A stretch of 32,000 nucleotides of DNA from Candidatus Brocadia sp. (lineage in GTDB: Bacteria > Planctomycetota > Brocadiia > Brocadiales > Brocadiaceae): the NCBI GenBank assembly GCA_021650915.1, contig CP091279.1:900001-932000 (forward strand), in the 5' to 3' direction. The notes under the pieces are model-generated. The model was not told where the DNA came from, did no database searches, and saw only the letters and a program-made list of their open reading frames with translations. A program made the position numbers and the translations under genes. Positions 1-7,254 of this stretch are shown here, one piece after another. The stretch's first letter is position 1. Each line of letters opens with the position of its first letter.

Positions 1-2469
1 GTTGGCATTTTTGTAAAACCAGGCACAGACGGAGAGCTCGTCATGGTTACTCCGGGGTATTGACACATAGTCGTTCGCCCCGTCAAATCCCAAACCCCCT
101 CCGTATCTTCCCGTCGTCCATGTCGCCCCGCCATTAACGCTTCCATGATTGCCGTTGCCAGACGAGTCATTGGCCACGGTCCCCGTATTTTCATCCAGGG
201 CATAGCGCGCCTGCAACGCAGAGGTAAAGGCATTGTACAAGCCCTGCATCTCACGGTCGCTTAAGACGCGGTCGTAGAGGCGGACGTCATCAATGACGCC
301 GTAGAAATACCCCGTCGTGGCCGCGGAATGTCCTATGGTCATGCCCGGATAATAGGTCATCGGCACGATGCTGTTTCCCGCCGGATGGGTTACCGTACGA
401 ATCAGTTGACCATTGACATACAATCGCTGCTGGCCGGTGGCCTTGTTGTAACTGCACCCCACATGATACCAGCTCCCCGCGGCATTGAGCAGGTTCCGCC
501 GGGCCGTTCGGCTTGTCCGGACACCGCTGCCGTCGCGGGTGATGAGGACAAAGTCCAGGGAATTGGGGGAAGCCGGGCTGAACCGCACTTCAAAACCCTC
601 CTGCAGTTGCAGATTCGCATCGTTTCTGAAACCGCCTACGATGGCATCGGTATACGACACATCGTTGGCATGCTTGTAAAACCATGCAGACAGGGACATC
701 TCGTCCGAGCTCATCAGGGGAATTGTCACGTAATCGCTGGTTCCGTTAAAGCCCAGCCCGCCGCCTTCTTTTCCCGTTGTCCAGGCAGCTCCGCTGATGG
801 TGCCGTCTTTGTCATAAACCGACGAGTCGCCAGCCGTCGTGCCCGCTCCTTCGCTGAAGGCATAGTGGGCTATGCTATCGGCAAGGACGATGTGTCCCAG
901 GGATGACGGGTTACTATGAGTATCCGCATTCCCGATCCAGATGACCTTTCCCTCACGATTTCCCCCATTGTCATCGTCACTATATCCTGCACTCAACCCC
1001 AGGGTCATACCCTCTGCGGGGGTAATCCCCAGATTGCCCCACGGTATGGCCAGCTCAATCGTGTATCCGCCGGGGACGGATGCCCAGCCGTGTAATACGC
1101 CGGTGGTGTTGCCGCTCCTTTCATAAAGTGAGGCATCATTCCACCCCTTGTTGAACCGGCGGTCGTGGCTGTCGTAGGTCGTACTGTGATTGTAATCCCC
1201 GTCGATAGAGACCTCGATACTGTCGTCATGCCAGACCGTGGCTGAATCATTGGAGAGATTATTATCCAGTACCCTCATACCCACATATAAATAGGTAGTA
1301 TCCCAGAGTACCCCGAATTGAGCCGTGTTGTTCGTTACCCCGTTTACCACCTTCGCTGCATCAATACCAACATCCCAGCCTGATTCGCTTAAATTGCCAT
1401 CGACGGTCATGCCGGATGAGGCGTATCGCACTGGTAAAGGTCTGGTGGTGAAGTTCCACGTAAAGTCTGAGGATATGGCGTTACCGGCCAGGTCAGTTAT
1501 CCCGGTGGTGAGGGTTGCCGTGTAGGTGGTGGAGTAGATCAACGGGCTTGTTGGGGTAAATGTGGCCGTTGTGCCGCTGTAAGAGACCGTTCCCGTGATG
1601 GCGCTGTTGAGGTTATTGTCACGGACGGTAAAGGTGTTTGTATTGATCGTAGCAGCGTTCATTGCCTCACTGAACATGGCCGTGATTACCCCTGTGACAT
1701 CAATTTCCGTTGCATTACCTGTCGGATTGGTGGAGCTGACCGTGGGCGGGGTTGTGTCGGGACTATAAAGCTCATGAATCTCAGATTCGGAAAGGGCACG
1801 GTTGTAGATTCTGACTTCATCGATGACACCATGAAAGTATTCACTGATATTTCTACTATAAACTGCACCAATGAGTAAATTTTCAGCGCTATTATTCATG
1901 ATACCTGTTCTTGATAAAGAGGCATCTTCCGCACCATTGAAGTACAACTTTACAAAATTTGAATCATACGTAACCGCAACATGTATCCACTGATCCGGTA
2001 CAATAGAAGTTGTTCCTTCAAGATCAGCGAGATCGTGATGGTTTCCTTGAGATAGTTCTATTCGTAATTTGTCACTGTCATTGTGATCCTTAAAAAGATA
2101 GGCCCAATCCCGTGTATCATCATTCCATTTGGAAACAATGGCCCTGGGGCCTGAGGTATCAAGAGATTTAATCCATGCGGTAATGGTCAGGCTATTCGAT
2201 AAATCTAATGAATTATTATCCGGAATAAGGATATGATCATCGATCCCGTCAAAACTATAAGCACTATTAGCATTTCCGTACCTATCGTTTGTCAAAGTAG
2301 CCCCTTGTACAGTTCCGTGATTCCCATTTCCACTTTCATCCTGGGCATTACTATTGAACGGATAAGATGCTACCAATCCGTCATTCAAGCTAGCCAAAAC
2401 GGAAGTAGCATACATGAACATCATACTTGTAGCCATTAGCACGGTAATAAATTTCTGAGGGACAGCCAT
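1..2469 (-). CDS. Secreted multidomain LamG (concanavalin-A-like lectin) protein; 3' end runs off the window
   Basis: Own translation: ATG at 2469-2467, frame open down to base 1. It is absent from the ORF track because no stop lies inside the window. The N-terminus MAVPQKFITVLMATSMMFMYATSVLA looks like a signal peptide. LamG-type blocks: SGNGNHGTVQGATLTNDRYGNANSAYSFDG, IDEVRIYNRALSESEIHELY, IDDVRLYDRVLSDREMQGLY. Ig-like stretch: TPPTVSSTNPTGNATEIDV. CBM9/DOMON-like block: FGVLWDTTYLYVGMRVLDNNL..DDSIEVSIDGDYNHS. Confidence 0.8.
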   Translation of the reverse strand, partial: MAVPQKFITVLMATSMMFMYATSVLASLNDGLVASYPFNSNAQDESGNGNHGTVQGATLTNDRYGNANSAYSFDGIDDHILIPDNNSLDLSNSLTITAWIKSLDTSGPRAIVSKWNDDTRDWAYLFKDHNDSDKLRIELSQGNHHDLADLEGTTSIVPDQWIHVAVTYDSNFVKLYFNGAEDASLSRTGIMNNSAENLLIGAVYSRNISEYFHGVIDEVRIYNRALSESEIHELYSPDTTPPTVSSTNPTGNATEIDVTGVITAMFSEAMNAATINTNTFTVRDNNLNSAITGTVSYSGTTATFTPTSPLIYSTTYTATLTTGITDLAGNAISSDFTWNFTTRPLPVRYASSGMTVDGNLSESGWDVGIDAAKVVNGVTNNTAQFGVLWDTTYLYVGMRVLDNNLSNDSATVWHDDSIEVSIDGDYNHSTTYDSHDRRFNKGWNDASLYERSGNTTGVLHGWASVPGGYTIELAIPWGNLGITPAEGMTLGLSAGYSDDDNGGNREGKVIWIGNADTHSNPSSLGHIVLADSIAHYAFSEGAGTTAGDSSVYDKDGTISGAAWTTGKEGGGLGFNGTSDYVTIPLMSSDEMSLSAWFYKHANDVSYTDAIVGGFRNDANLQLQEGFEVRFSPASPNSLDFVLITRDGSGVRTSRTARRNLLNAAGSWYHVGCSYNKATGQQRLYVNGQLIRTVTHPAGNSIVPMTYYPGMTIGHSAATTGYFYGVIDDVRLYDRVLSDREMQGLYNAFTSALQARYALDENTGTVANDSSGNGNHGSVNGGATWTTGRYGGGLGFDGANDYVSIPRSNHDELSVCAWFYKNAN

Positions 2470-2487
2470 CACCAATCTTCTTCTTAT

Positions 2488-2544
2488 AAAAACAAAAAAG
2501 CCTTACTGCAAAAATGTTTTATAAACATCTTCGGCAGTAAGGCT
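2488..2544 (-). terminator. Rho-independent terminator-like hairpin about 20 nt upstream of the LamG start codon
   Basis: 11-bp perfect stem AGCCTTACTGC (2499-2509) / GCAGTAAGGCT (2534-2544) with an inner ATGTTT/AAACAT stem. On the minus strand it is followed by TTTTTTGTTTTT (2488-2498). Confidence 0.55.
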
Positions 2545-2562
2545 GTCTTTTCATCAGATGTA

Positions 2563-2582
2563 GAGGCGTATTGCAATACGCC
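2563..2582. repeat. 20-bp perfect palindrome AGGCGTATTGCAATACGCCT
   Basis: Read directly; the reverse complement of the first 10 nt equals the last 10 nt. Confidence 0.9.
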
Positions 2583-2689
2583 TTTACGAAAGACCCTTTT
2601 CTTTGCGTCCCCTGATCACTCAGGGTTTGCCCTTATCGTGTTGTATCTTTTCCTACGGAATTGTTTGCGTGAATGGTTAGAATTGCAGG

Positions 2690-2719
2690 ATATTACCATT
2701 GATAGATGAGTTGTGTCAA
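2690..2719 (-). promoter_or_regulatory. Candidate sigma70-type promoter pointing toward the LamG gene
   Basis: Minus strand TTGACA (2719-2714), 18-nt spacer, TAATAT (2695-2690). Confidence 0.3.
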
Positions 2720-2934
2720 TAAAAAAGTATGCCACGATTTTTTTCATGGTGTACTACTCAGCGCTTGCTATTTCATGATTTTGCAAAATAAAAGCATGCC
2801 AGGTAGTGTGGACACCGCCTGCCGAAAATGGGGATTTACCCGGACTATCCTTGACACCGGCATTTTTCATGCACAGCGCATGACACAGAGAAACGCCCCC
2901 CTTGCCCCCTTTATCAAGGGGGATTTTCTCACGA

Positions 2935-2960
2935 TAGGGGCGAACGGCCGTTCGCCCCTA
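2935..2960. repeat. 26-bp perfect palindrome TAGGGGCGAACGGCCGTTCGCCCCTA (REP-like, GTAGGGGCGA family)
   Basis: Read directly. It shares the TAGGGGCGAA terminus with the hairpins at 3220-3293 and 29766-29840. Confidence 0.85.
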
Positions 2961-3105
2961 CGCAGGGGGTTCCGCGGGAGTTGTCTGGCATGCTGTGCTA
3001 AAACTACAGATTTTCTTCATATTAAAGTAAAACTGAGTTATTGTACACACAGAATACAACGGTAGCAACCTATTTTTCACCGTGTTATTCTTGTTTTTTA
3101 TCTTA

Positions 3106-3134
3106 TTGACACACCGTAAATTGTGCTTTATATT
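3106..3134 (+). promoter_or_regulatory. Near-consensus sigma70-type promoter
   Basis: TTGACA (3106-3111), exactly 17 nt, TATATT (3129-3134). Confidence 0.45.
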
Positions 3135-3162
3135 ACTACTAAAAGTTATACATTCTAAGATT

Positions 3163-3195
3163 CCTGGCGCGGCACAGCCGCAACCAGGTTTTCTC
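3163..3195 (+). terminator. GC-rich hairpin plus T-run about 25 nt downstream of the predicted start of the 3106 promoter
   Basis: CCTGG-C-GCGG-CACAG-CCGC-AA-CCAGG followed by TTTTCT. Bases 3167-3185 are an exact 19-nt inverted copy of GGTTGCGGCTGTGCCGCGC at 21081-21099. Confidence 0.35.
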
Positions 3196-3346
3196 GTAAC
3201 ACTTTAGTTTTTTGAAAAAGTAGGGGCGAAGCATTTGCCATCTTGGGGTGTGAATACATTTATGCCAATTTATGGCAAATGCTTCGCCCTTACACCGTGC
3301 GGCAACATCGTTATTATAGTAATTTTTCAAAAAACTAAATTGTTAC
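3196..3346. repeat. 151-bp nested inverted-repeat (MITE-like) element
   Basis: Outer arms GTAACACTTTAGTTTTTTGAAAAA (3196-3219) versus the reverse complement of 3323-3346, 23/24 match. Inner arms GTAGGGGCGAAGCATTTGCCA (3220-3240) versus 3273-3293, 20/21 match, with a 32-nt spacer. Confidence 0.75.
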
Positions 3347-3437
3347 AAAAAAAAGAAGTTTTTATACAGTAATACTAAAATGACCTCTCATTTTCTGAGG
3401 AATCCCGTGCACCATACGGTTGTATGTTAAAAATACC

Positions 3438-4256
3438 ATGAGGGTAACTGTCAGAGACTTTTCGATTGGCCGGGGGCATCCCCTGGTCTTTATTGCTGGT
3501 CCGTGCGTCATTGAGAGTCACGAAGGCTGTCTGAAACTGGCTGAAAAGTTAAAGGGTATCTTTCAGGCCAGAAAGATACCCTTTATCTTCAAGGCGTCAT
3601 ATGACAAGGCAAACCGGACCTCGGTTCATTCATACCGCGGGCCTGGCATGAAAGAGGGTTTAAAGATTTTAGCGGATATTCAGAGGCAACTCAACGTGCC
3701 GGTACTTTCCGATGTCCACGAGACGGAAGACGTCCCTTTCGCGGCAGAAACCCTTGATGTTATACAAATTCCCGCCTTCCTTTGCCGACAGACCGACTTG
3801 GTCATGGCTGCTGCAAAGACCGGCAAACCGGTCAATGTGAAGAAGGGGCAGTTTCTGGCGCCATGGGATATGAAACCGGTTGTTGAAAAAATTCGGAGCG
3901 TGGGGAACGAACAGATTCTGATAACGGAACGGGGTGCAAGTTTCGGATATAATAATCTGGTCAGCGATATGAGATCGCTGGTTATCCTGCGGGATCTGGG
4001 CTATCCGGTGGTGTACGACGCCACCCACAGCGTTCAGCTTCCCGGCGGGCAGGGAAATGTTTCCGGCGGTGAAAGAAAGATGATTATGCCGCTTGCCAGG
4101 GCAGCCGTTGCCACCGGTTGCGATGCCTTGTTTCTTGAAGTGCACGAAACCCCGGAAAAAGCCCTTTCTGATGCGGCGACCATGCTACCGGTTAACGATC
4201 TTCCGCGTCTCATTGAACAGGTAGTGGAGATTCACCGGATTGTGCCATGTGAATAA
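3438..4256 (+). CDS. kdsA: 2-dehydro-3-deoxyphosphooctonate aldolase (KDO-8-phosphate synthase)
   Basis: Family motifs in the translation: FIAGPCVIES, FIFKASYDKANRTS, LSDVHE, IQIPAFLCRQTDL, VNVKKGQF, ITERG, YDATHSVQLPGG, LFLEVHE.PEKALSDA. ATG at 3438; the ORF track starts at an upstream TTG (3420). Confidence 0.93.
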   Translation: MRVTVRDFSIGRGHPLVFIAGPCVIESHEGCLKLAEKLKGIFQARKIPFIFKASYDKANRTSVHSYRGPGMKEGLKILADIQRQLNVPVLSDVHETEDVPFAAETLDVIQIPAFLCRQTDLVMAAAKTGKPVNVKKGQFLAPWDMKPVVEKIRSVGNEQILITERGASFGYNNLVSDMRSLVILRDLGYPVVYDATHSVQLPGGQGNVSGGERKMIMPLARAAVATGCDALFLEVHETPEKALSDAATMLPVNDLPRLIEQVVEIHRIVPCE

Positions 4257-4273
4257 TATGCGTACTTATTATT

Positions 4274-4304
4274 AACCCTGTCAGGGTTTAAAACCCTGAC
4301 AGGG
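4274..4304 (+). other. Double palindrome downstream of kdsA (possible terminator or processing hairpin; no T-run)
   Basis: CCCTGTCAGGG (4276-4286) and CCCTGACAGGG (4294-4304) are each self-complementary and are also reverse complements of one another. Confidence 0.3.
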
Positions 4305-4369
4305 CCGCGTTATGGAGTCCATGATGCTGATTGTATTTGTTCTGACATGTTCAGATGAGGAATAATTTA

Positions 4370-4397
4370 TTGTAAATAAGAAAAAAAATCGTATAAT
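4370..4397 (+). promoter_or_regulatory. Candidate promoter of tRNA-Thr
   Basis: TTGTAA (4370-4375), 16 nt, TATAAT (4392-4397), about 35 nt upstream of the tRNA. Confidence 0.45.
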
Positions 4398-4432
4398 ATA
4401 TCTCTTTCATTCAAGGTGAACAGCTATCTTAA

Positions 4433-4505
4433 GCCCGCGTAGCTCAATTGGCGGAGCACGTCATTCGTAATGATGAGGTTGTCGGTTCGACTCCGATCGC
4501 GGGCT
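4433..4505 (+). tRNA. tRNA-Thr (anticodon CGU)
   Basis: Cloverleaf folded by hand. Acceptor GCCCGCG/CGCGGGC; D stem GCTC/GAGC; anticodon stem CGTCA/TGATG with loop TTCGTAA (anticodon CGT); T stem GTCGG/CCGAT with loop TTCGACT; discriminator T; CCA not encoded. Confidence 0.9.
4468..4505 (+). repeat. attL core (38-bp direct repeat, the 3' half of tRNA-Thr)
   Basis: TAATGATGAGGTTGTCGGTTCGACTCCGATCGCGGGCT is identical at 4468-4505 and 20630-20667. Confidence 0.85.
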
Positions 4506-4522
4506 CTTATTTTACAAGGGTT

Positions 4523-5578
4523 TCAAGCCTGTAAGACATTTTTGTTACCCCCGACTGTAGTCAAAACGTAGTCAACTTTTTCCAAAACCTCAATTCCTTT
4601 CCTTAAAGACTCCGGACAATGATGCGCATAACGCTGTGTCATGTGAATATCGCAATGCCCCAGCAGCTTTGATATTTTATAAAGGTCAATTCCTCTTTGT
4701 GCTAATCGTGTTGCGAAGGTATGTCTCAGGTCATGGAAACGAAAGTTTTGTATGCCTGCCTTTTCGTTGACAACGTTAAACGACTTGATAAGGTTTGCAC
4801 GATCAATCTTGGTCATGGCACTGCTGGGAAAAACGAAATCACATTTTAGACTCCTGACCTTCGTTTTCTCCATTAAAATACCAAGGGCAATCTGGTTTAA
4901 TGGAATTGTCCTAGGTTTACCGTTCTTTGTTTCCTGGATAATTATTGTCTTGCGAAAAAGGTCAGCCCTGTCCCATGTAAGCGAAAGCAGTTCGTCTTGA
5001 CGCAACCCGGTATGTAAGGCAAAAACAATTATATCCCTTAGCCATTACGGAGCATTTTCCAGTTGTCTCTTTTCCTCATCTTCTGATAACCAGCGGTCTC
5101 TTTGATTGTTCTCCCTTTCTTTGGGTATCTTCAAGCAAGGGTTTTCCTTTGTCCATTCCCATTGTTTTACCGCCAAACTAAAGGCTTTTTGAAGCATTGC
5201 CAGTTCCTTATTTATCGTTGCTGGTTTCTTGCCCTGATTTATCCTTGATACCTTGTAATCGTTTATTACTTTCGGTGTTATCACCGTCAATTTTGAATCA
5301 CCAAAGAATGATAAAAGATGTTTTGCAGATGTTGTATAACTCTCTTGCATATTCCTGGAAACCTTTGGCGCATGTTCTTTCATAAACCTGTCTGCCATTT
5401 CCCGGAAGGTCTTCTCCGTTCCCTCATACCGGTCAAAGTACTTGCCTTCAATCAGCTCCGTTTTCAATTTAGCTTCAATAGTCTCAGCAAGTTTTTTATT
5501 ATCCGTTTCAAGGCTTCTTTGGATCTTCTTGCCATTATACCGGATGCATGTCCACCAAATTCTGTCACGCTTATACAT
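4523..5578 (-). pseudogene. Tyrosine integrase interrupted by a single in-frame TAA (5045-5047)
   Basis: The two track ORFs (4523-5005 and 5045-5626) are in one frame: ..EEKRQLENAP*WLRDIIVFALHTGLRQDELLSL.. Catalytic motifs: TGLRQDE, HDLRHTFATRL, LLGHCD, QRYAH. Likely start MYKRDRIWW at 5578, behind GGAGGGG. Confidence 0.85.
4553..4576 (+). repeat. Candidate arm-type recombinase-binding repeat (partner at 20462-20485)
   Basis: GACTGTAGTCAAAACGTAGTCAAC versus GACTGTAGTCAAATTGTAGTCAAC: 22/24 identical, same orientation. Each contains two GTAGTCAA units. Confidence 0.45.
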
Positions 5579-5622
5579 ATTCCCCTCCTTTCCCGTGACC
5601 GGATGTGTCTGCATGACCGCTA

Positions 5623-5862
5623 TCAAGCATTATAACCATTTCCGCGAATCTCTCCAATGATCTTATTGGCCGTTCTTTCGCATTGCTGGGTATCGCGTTT
5701 GTTGGCAGCCATTATTTGATCTATTTCTTTCAAGTCAAAAAGGACACGGCGTCTATATTTGATTGATGGTACCTTACCCTGGCTTGCCCATTCGTAGAGT
5801 GTTTTAACTGGCAATGAGGTATATACTGAAAGCTCTTTGATGCTTATATATCTTTTTTCCAT
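5623..5862 (-). CDS. Excisionase/AlpA-type helix-turn-helix DNA-binding protein
   Basis: 79 aa. ISIKELSVYTSLPVKTLYEWASQGKVPSIKYRRRVLFDLKEIDQIM matches the excisionase-family HTH pattern. It lies directly upstream of the integrase. Confidence 0.65.
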   Translation of the reverse strand: MEKRYISIKELSVYTSLPVKTLYEWASQGKVPSIKYRRRVLFDLKEIDQIMAANKRDTQQCERTANKIIGEIRGNGYNA

Positions 5863-5964
5863 AATGATTTTTTGTTACCCAAATCGCTATAAGGTAAGTA
5901 CCCCGCAAAGCCTTTATTTTGCTGTATTGATTTTTTAATTTGGGTAATAAAAGACACTCTTATA

Positions 5965-6249
5965 TTACCCGACATTTGTCGCCTTCTCGCGTCTGTGTTC
6001 TCTAATGATCTGACGTACCCAAGCCGATGTGACGCCATATTTCCCGGCAAGCGCTCCATAATTACCACCCTTAAATTCTTCGATGATCTTCCGCTTTTTT
6101 ACCCTGGCCAGGCAAATATCCAACTTTGGCAAATAGAATTGTTCGCCGCCGAATTCTTTCCCAAGCTTTATGGCATTCTCAATGCCTATTACCTTAGCAA
6201 TTTGTTGATAGTAGGCAGGCAGATCATTCGGACGGATATCATTTTCCAT
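5965..6249 (-). CDS. Mor-like (phage Mu middle-operon regulator family) HTH transcription activator
   Basis: 94 aa. GGEQFYLPKLD..RKIIEEFKGGNYGALAGKYGVTSAWVRQII resembles the Mor family pattern (iYiPk...R...I...F.G.N...LA.kYgls...i..Ii), recalled from memory. Confidence 0.45.
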   Translation of the reverse strand: MENDIRPNDLPAYYQQIAKVIGIENAIKLGKEFGGEQFYLPKLDICLARVKKRKIIEEFKGGNYGALAGKYGVTSAWVRQIIREHRREKATNVG

Positions 6250-6901
6250 CAGTCTTTTCCTCCATCTTCAAATAGGGTTTCGTCTCTTTCACAGAGACAT
6301 ATTTCAGGATAGCTGCTTTTACCTTTTCCGGCGCTTCGATTCCCAGGGCGTGGTCTGATTCCATGAACTTTTTAAAGTCAGCGGTGGTTTTATATTCCGA
6401 CTTCTTTTCAAAGAACATCTCAAACAACGGTCCCAACGGGATTTTTATATCCTCGACTTCATCCTTAACGATATAGGATTCCCGGAACGTGACAACGGCC
6501 CGGGCCGTGATCCCGCCAAGGGTAACGGTTGTTGTTTCTTCCCTCCTATCCCTGGCAATCTCAATAATGCGTTCCTGAATGCTGTCAAGTTCTTCATCGA
6601 GATCCTTGATTTTCTTCTTAAGAGACAATCCCCGCTGGAGAAGTTTTTCAATTTCTGCATCCTCAGCCATGACAAGATGTTTCTTCCCGTCAACCTGAAC
6701 CTTTTTAACCTCTTTTACGCCCTTCACTTTTACCTCCCATCTTTCATAAACCACCGAAGATAAACCGTACTCTTTCCCACCTTTTGGAATCAAACAACCC
6801 GAAATATTAAAAGTATGTGTCCGCGCCCCCTTGTGGCGCAAAGCAGCCACAGGTTTATGACATGTGCGCATGCAATATTCACGCATGGAAATTTCTTGCA
6901 T
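6239..6901 (-). CDS. Hypothetical coiled-coil protein (weak Mu Gam-like resemblance)
   Basis: ORF-track frame. An alternative start is GTG at 6727, behind GGGAGGT, giving 162 aa. The coiled coil AEIEKLLQRGLSLKKKIKDLDEELDSIQERIIEIARD is followed by TVTLGGITARAVVTFRESYIV. The Gam-like call is a guess. Confidence 0.5.
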   Translation of the reverse strand: MQEISMREYCMRTCHKPVAALRHKGARTHTFNISGCLIPKGGKEYGLSSVVYERWEVKVKGVKEVKKVQVDGKKHLVMAEDAEIEKLLQRGLSLKKKIKDLDEELDSIQERIIEIARDRREETTTVTLGGITARAVVTFRESYIVKDEVEDIKIPLGPLFEMFFEKKSEYKTTADFKKFMESDHALGIEAPEKVKAAILKYVSVKETKPYLKMEEKTDGK

Positions 6902-6943
6902 GTTAAAACTTCCAAAAGTTTTAACATTCCCACCTTTTGGAAG
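6902..6943 (-). promoter_or_regulatory. Two mutually exclusive 10-bp hairpins in the operon leader
   Basis: GTTAAAACTT (6902-6911) pairs with AAGTTTTAAC (6916-6925). CTTCCAAAAG (6909-6918) pairs with CTTTTGGAAG (6934-6943). The arms overlap. Confidence 0.3.
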
Positions 6944-7254
6944 CAGTCATAACATATTGTAAATAAATAACTAACTGTAGATTCTCGAATTATGCTTACC
7001 ATAAAATATACCTCTCACCGTCATTTTTTCAGGCAAGGCAAAACTGACAGAAAACCCTTATAAATCAAGGGATTCCAGGCATTTTGGCCTTTATGTACAG
7101 GATATAATCTTACTATTATACGAAATCCCTTCAAAAACCCTGTATAGTCAAGCCTTCCCAGCCATGTTAAAATCTTTTCCCTGTTTTTAAACCCTTTCGT
7201 ACTTCCCATCCCGCAAAGCCTGATAATTCTAGCATTTCGCGCCCTCTTGCGAAA

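Noticed and set aside
1-900. Diversity-generating retroelement target (template/variable repeat) in the duplicated LamG modules
   Set aside because: The two similar stretches (about 1-210 and 664-880) differ at all four bases rather than specifically at adenines. No reverse transcriptase is present.
328-2439. Eight track ORFs (328-906, 402-620, 485-679, 941-1126, 1005-1250, 1325-1525, 1686-1871, 2233-2439) inside the first 2.5 kb
   Set aside because: All are antisense or out of frame relative to the continuous minus-strand LamG frame (2469 down to 1), which has clear domain motifs. Their translations are low-complexity and motif-free.
2706-3065. 119-aa plus-strand ORF in the gap upstream of kdsA
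   Set aside because: It has no RBS. Much of its length is the translation of palindromic repeats, for example the 26-bp palindrome at 2935-2960, so it looks like a repeat-generated open frame.
3139-3330. 63-aa minus-strand ORF
   Set aside because: It lies almost entirely on the 151-bp nested inverted-repeat element. Its sequence is the read-through of hairpin arms.
5902-5913. 12-bp exact repeat CCCGCAAAGCCT (also at 7210-7221) as a shared promoter element for the element sigma factor
   Set aside because: A back-of-envelope estimate, (32000^2/2)/4^12, gives roughly 30 exact 12-mer pairs expected by chance in a window this size. The match is therefore not evidence on its own.
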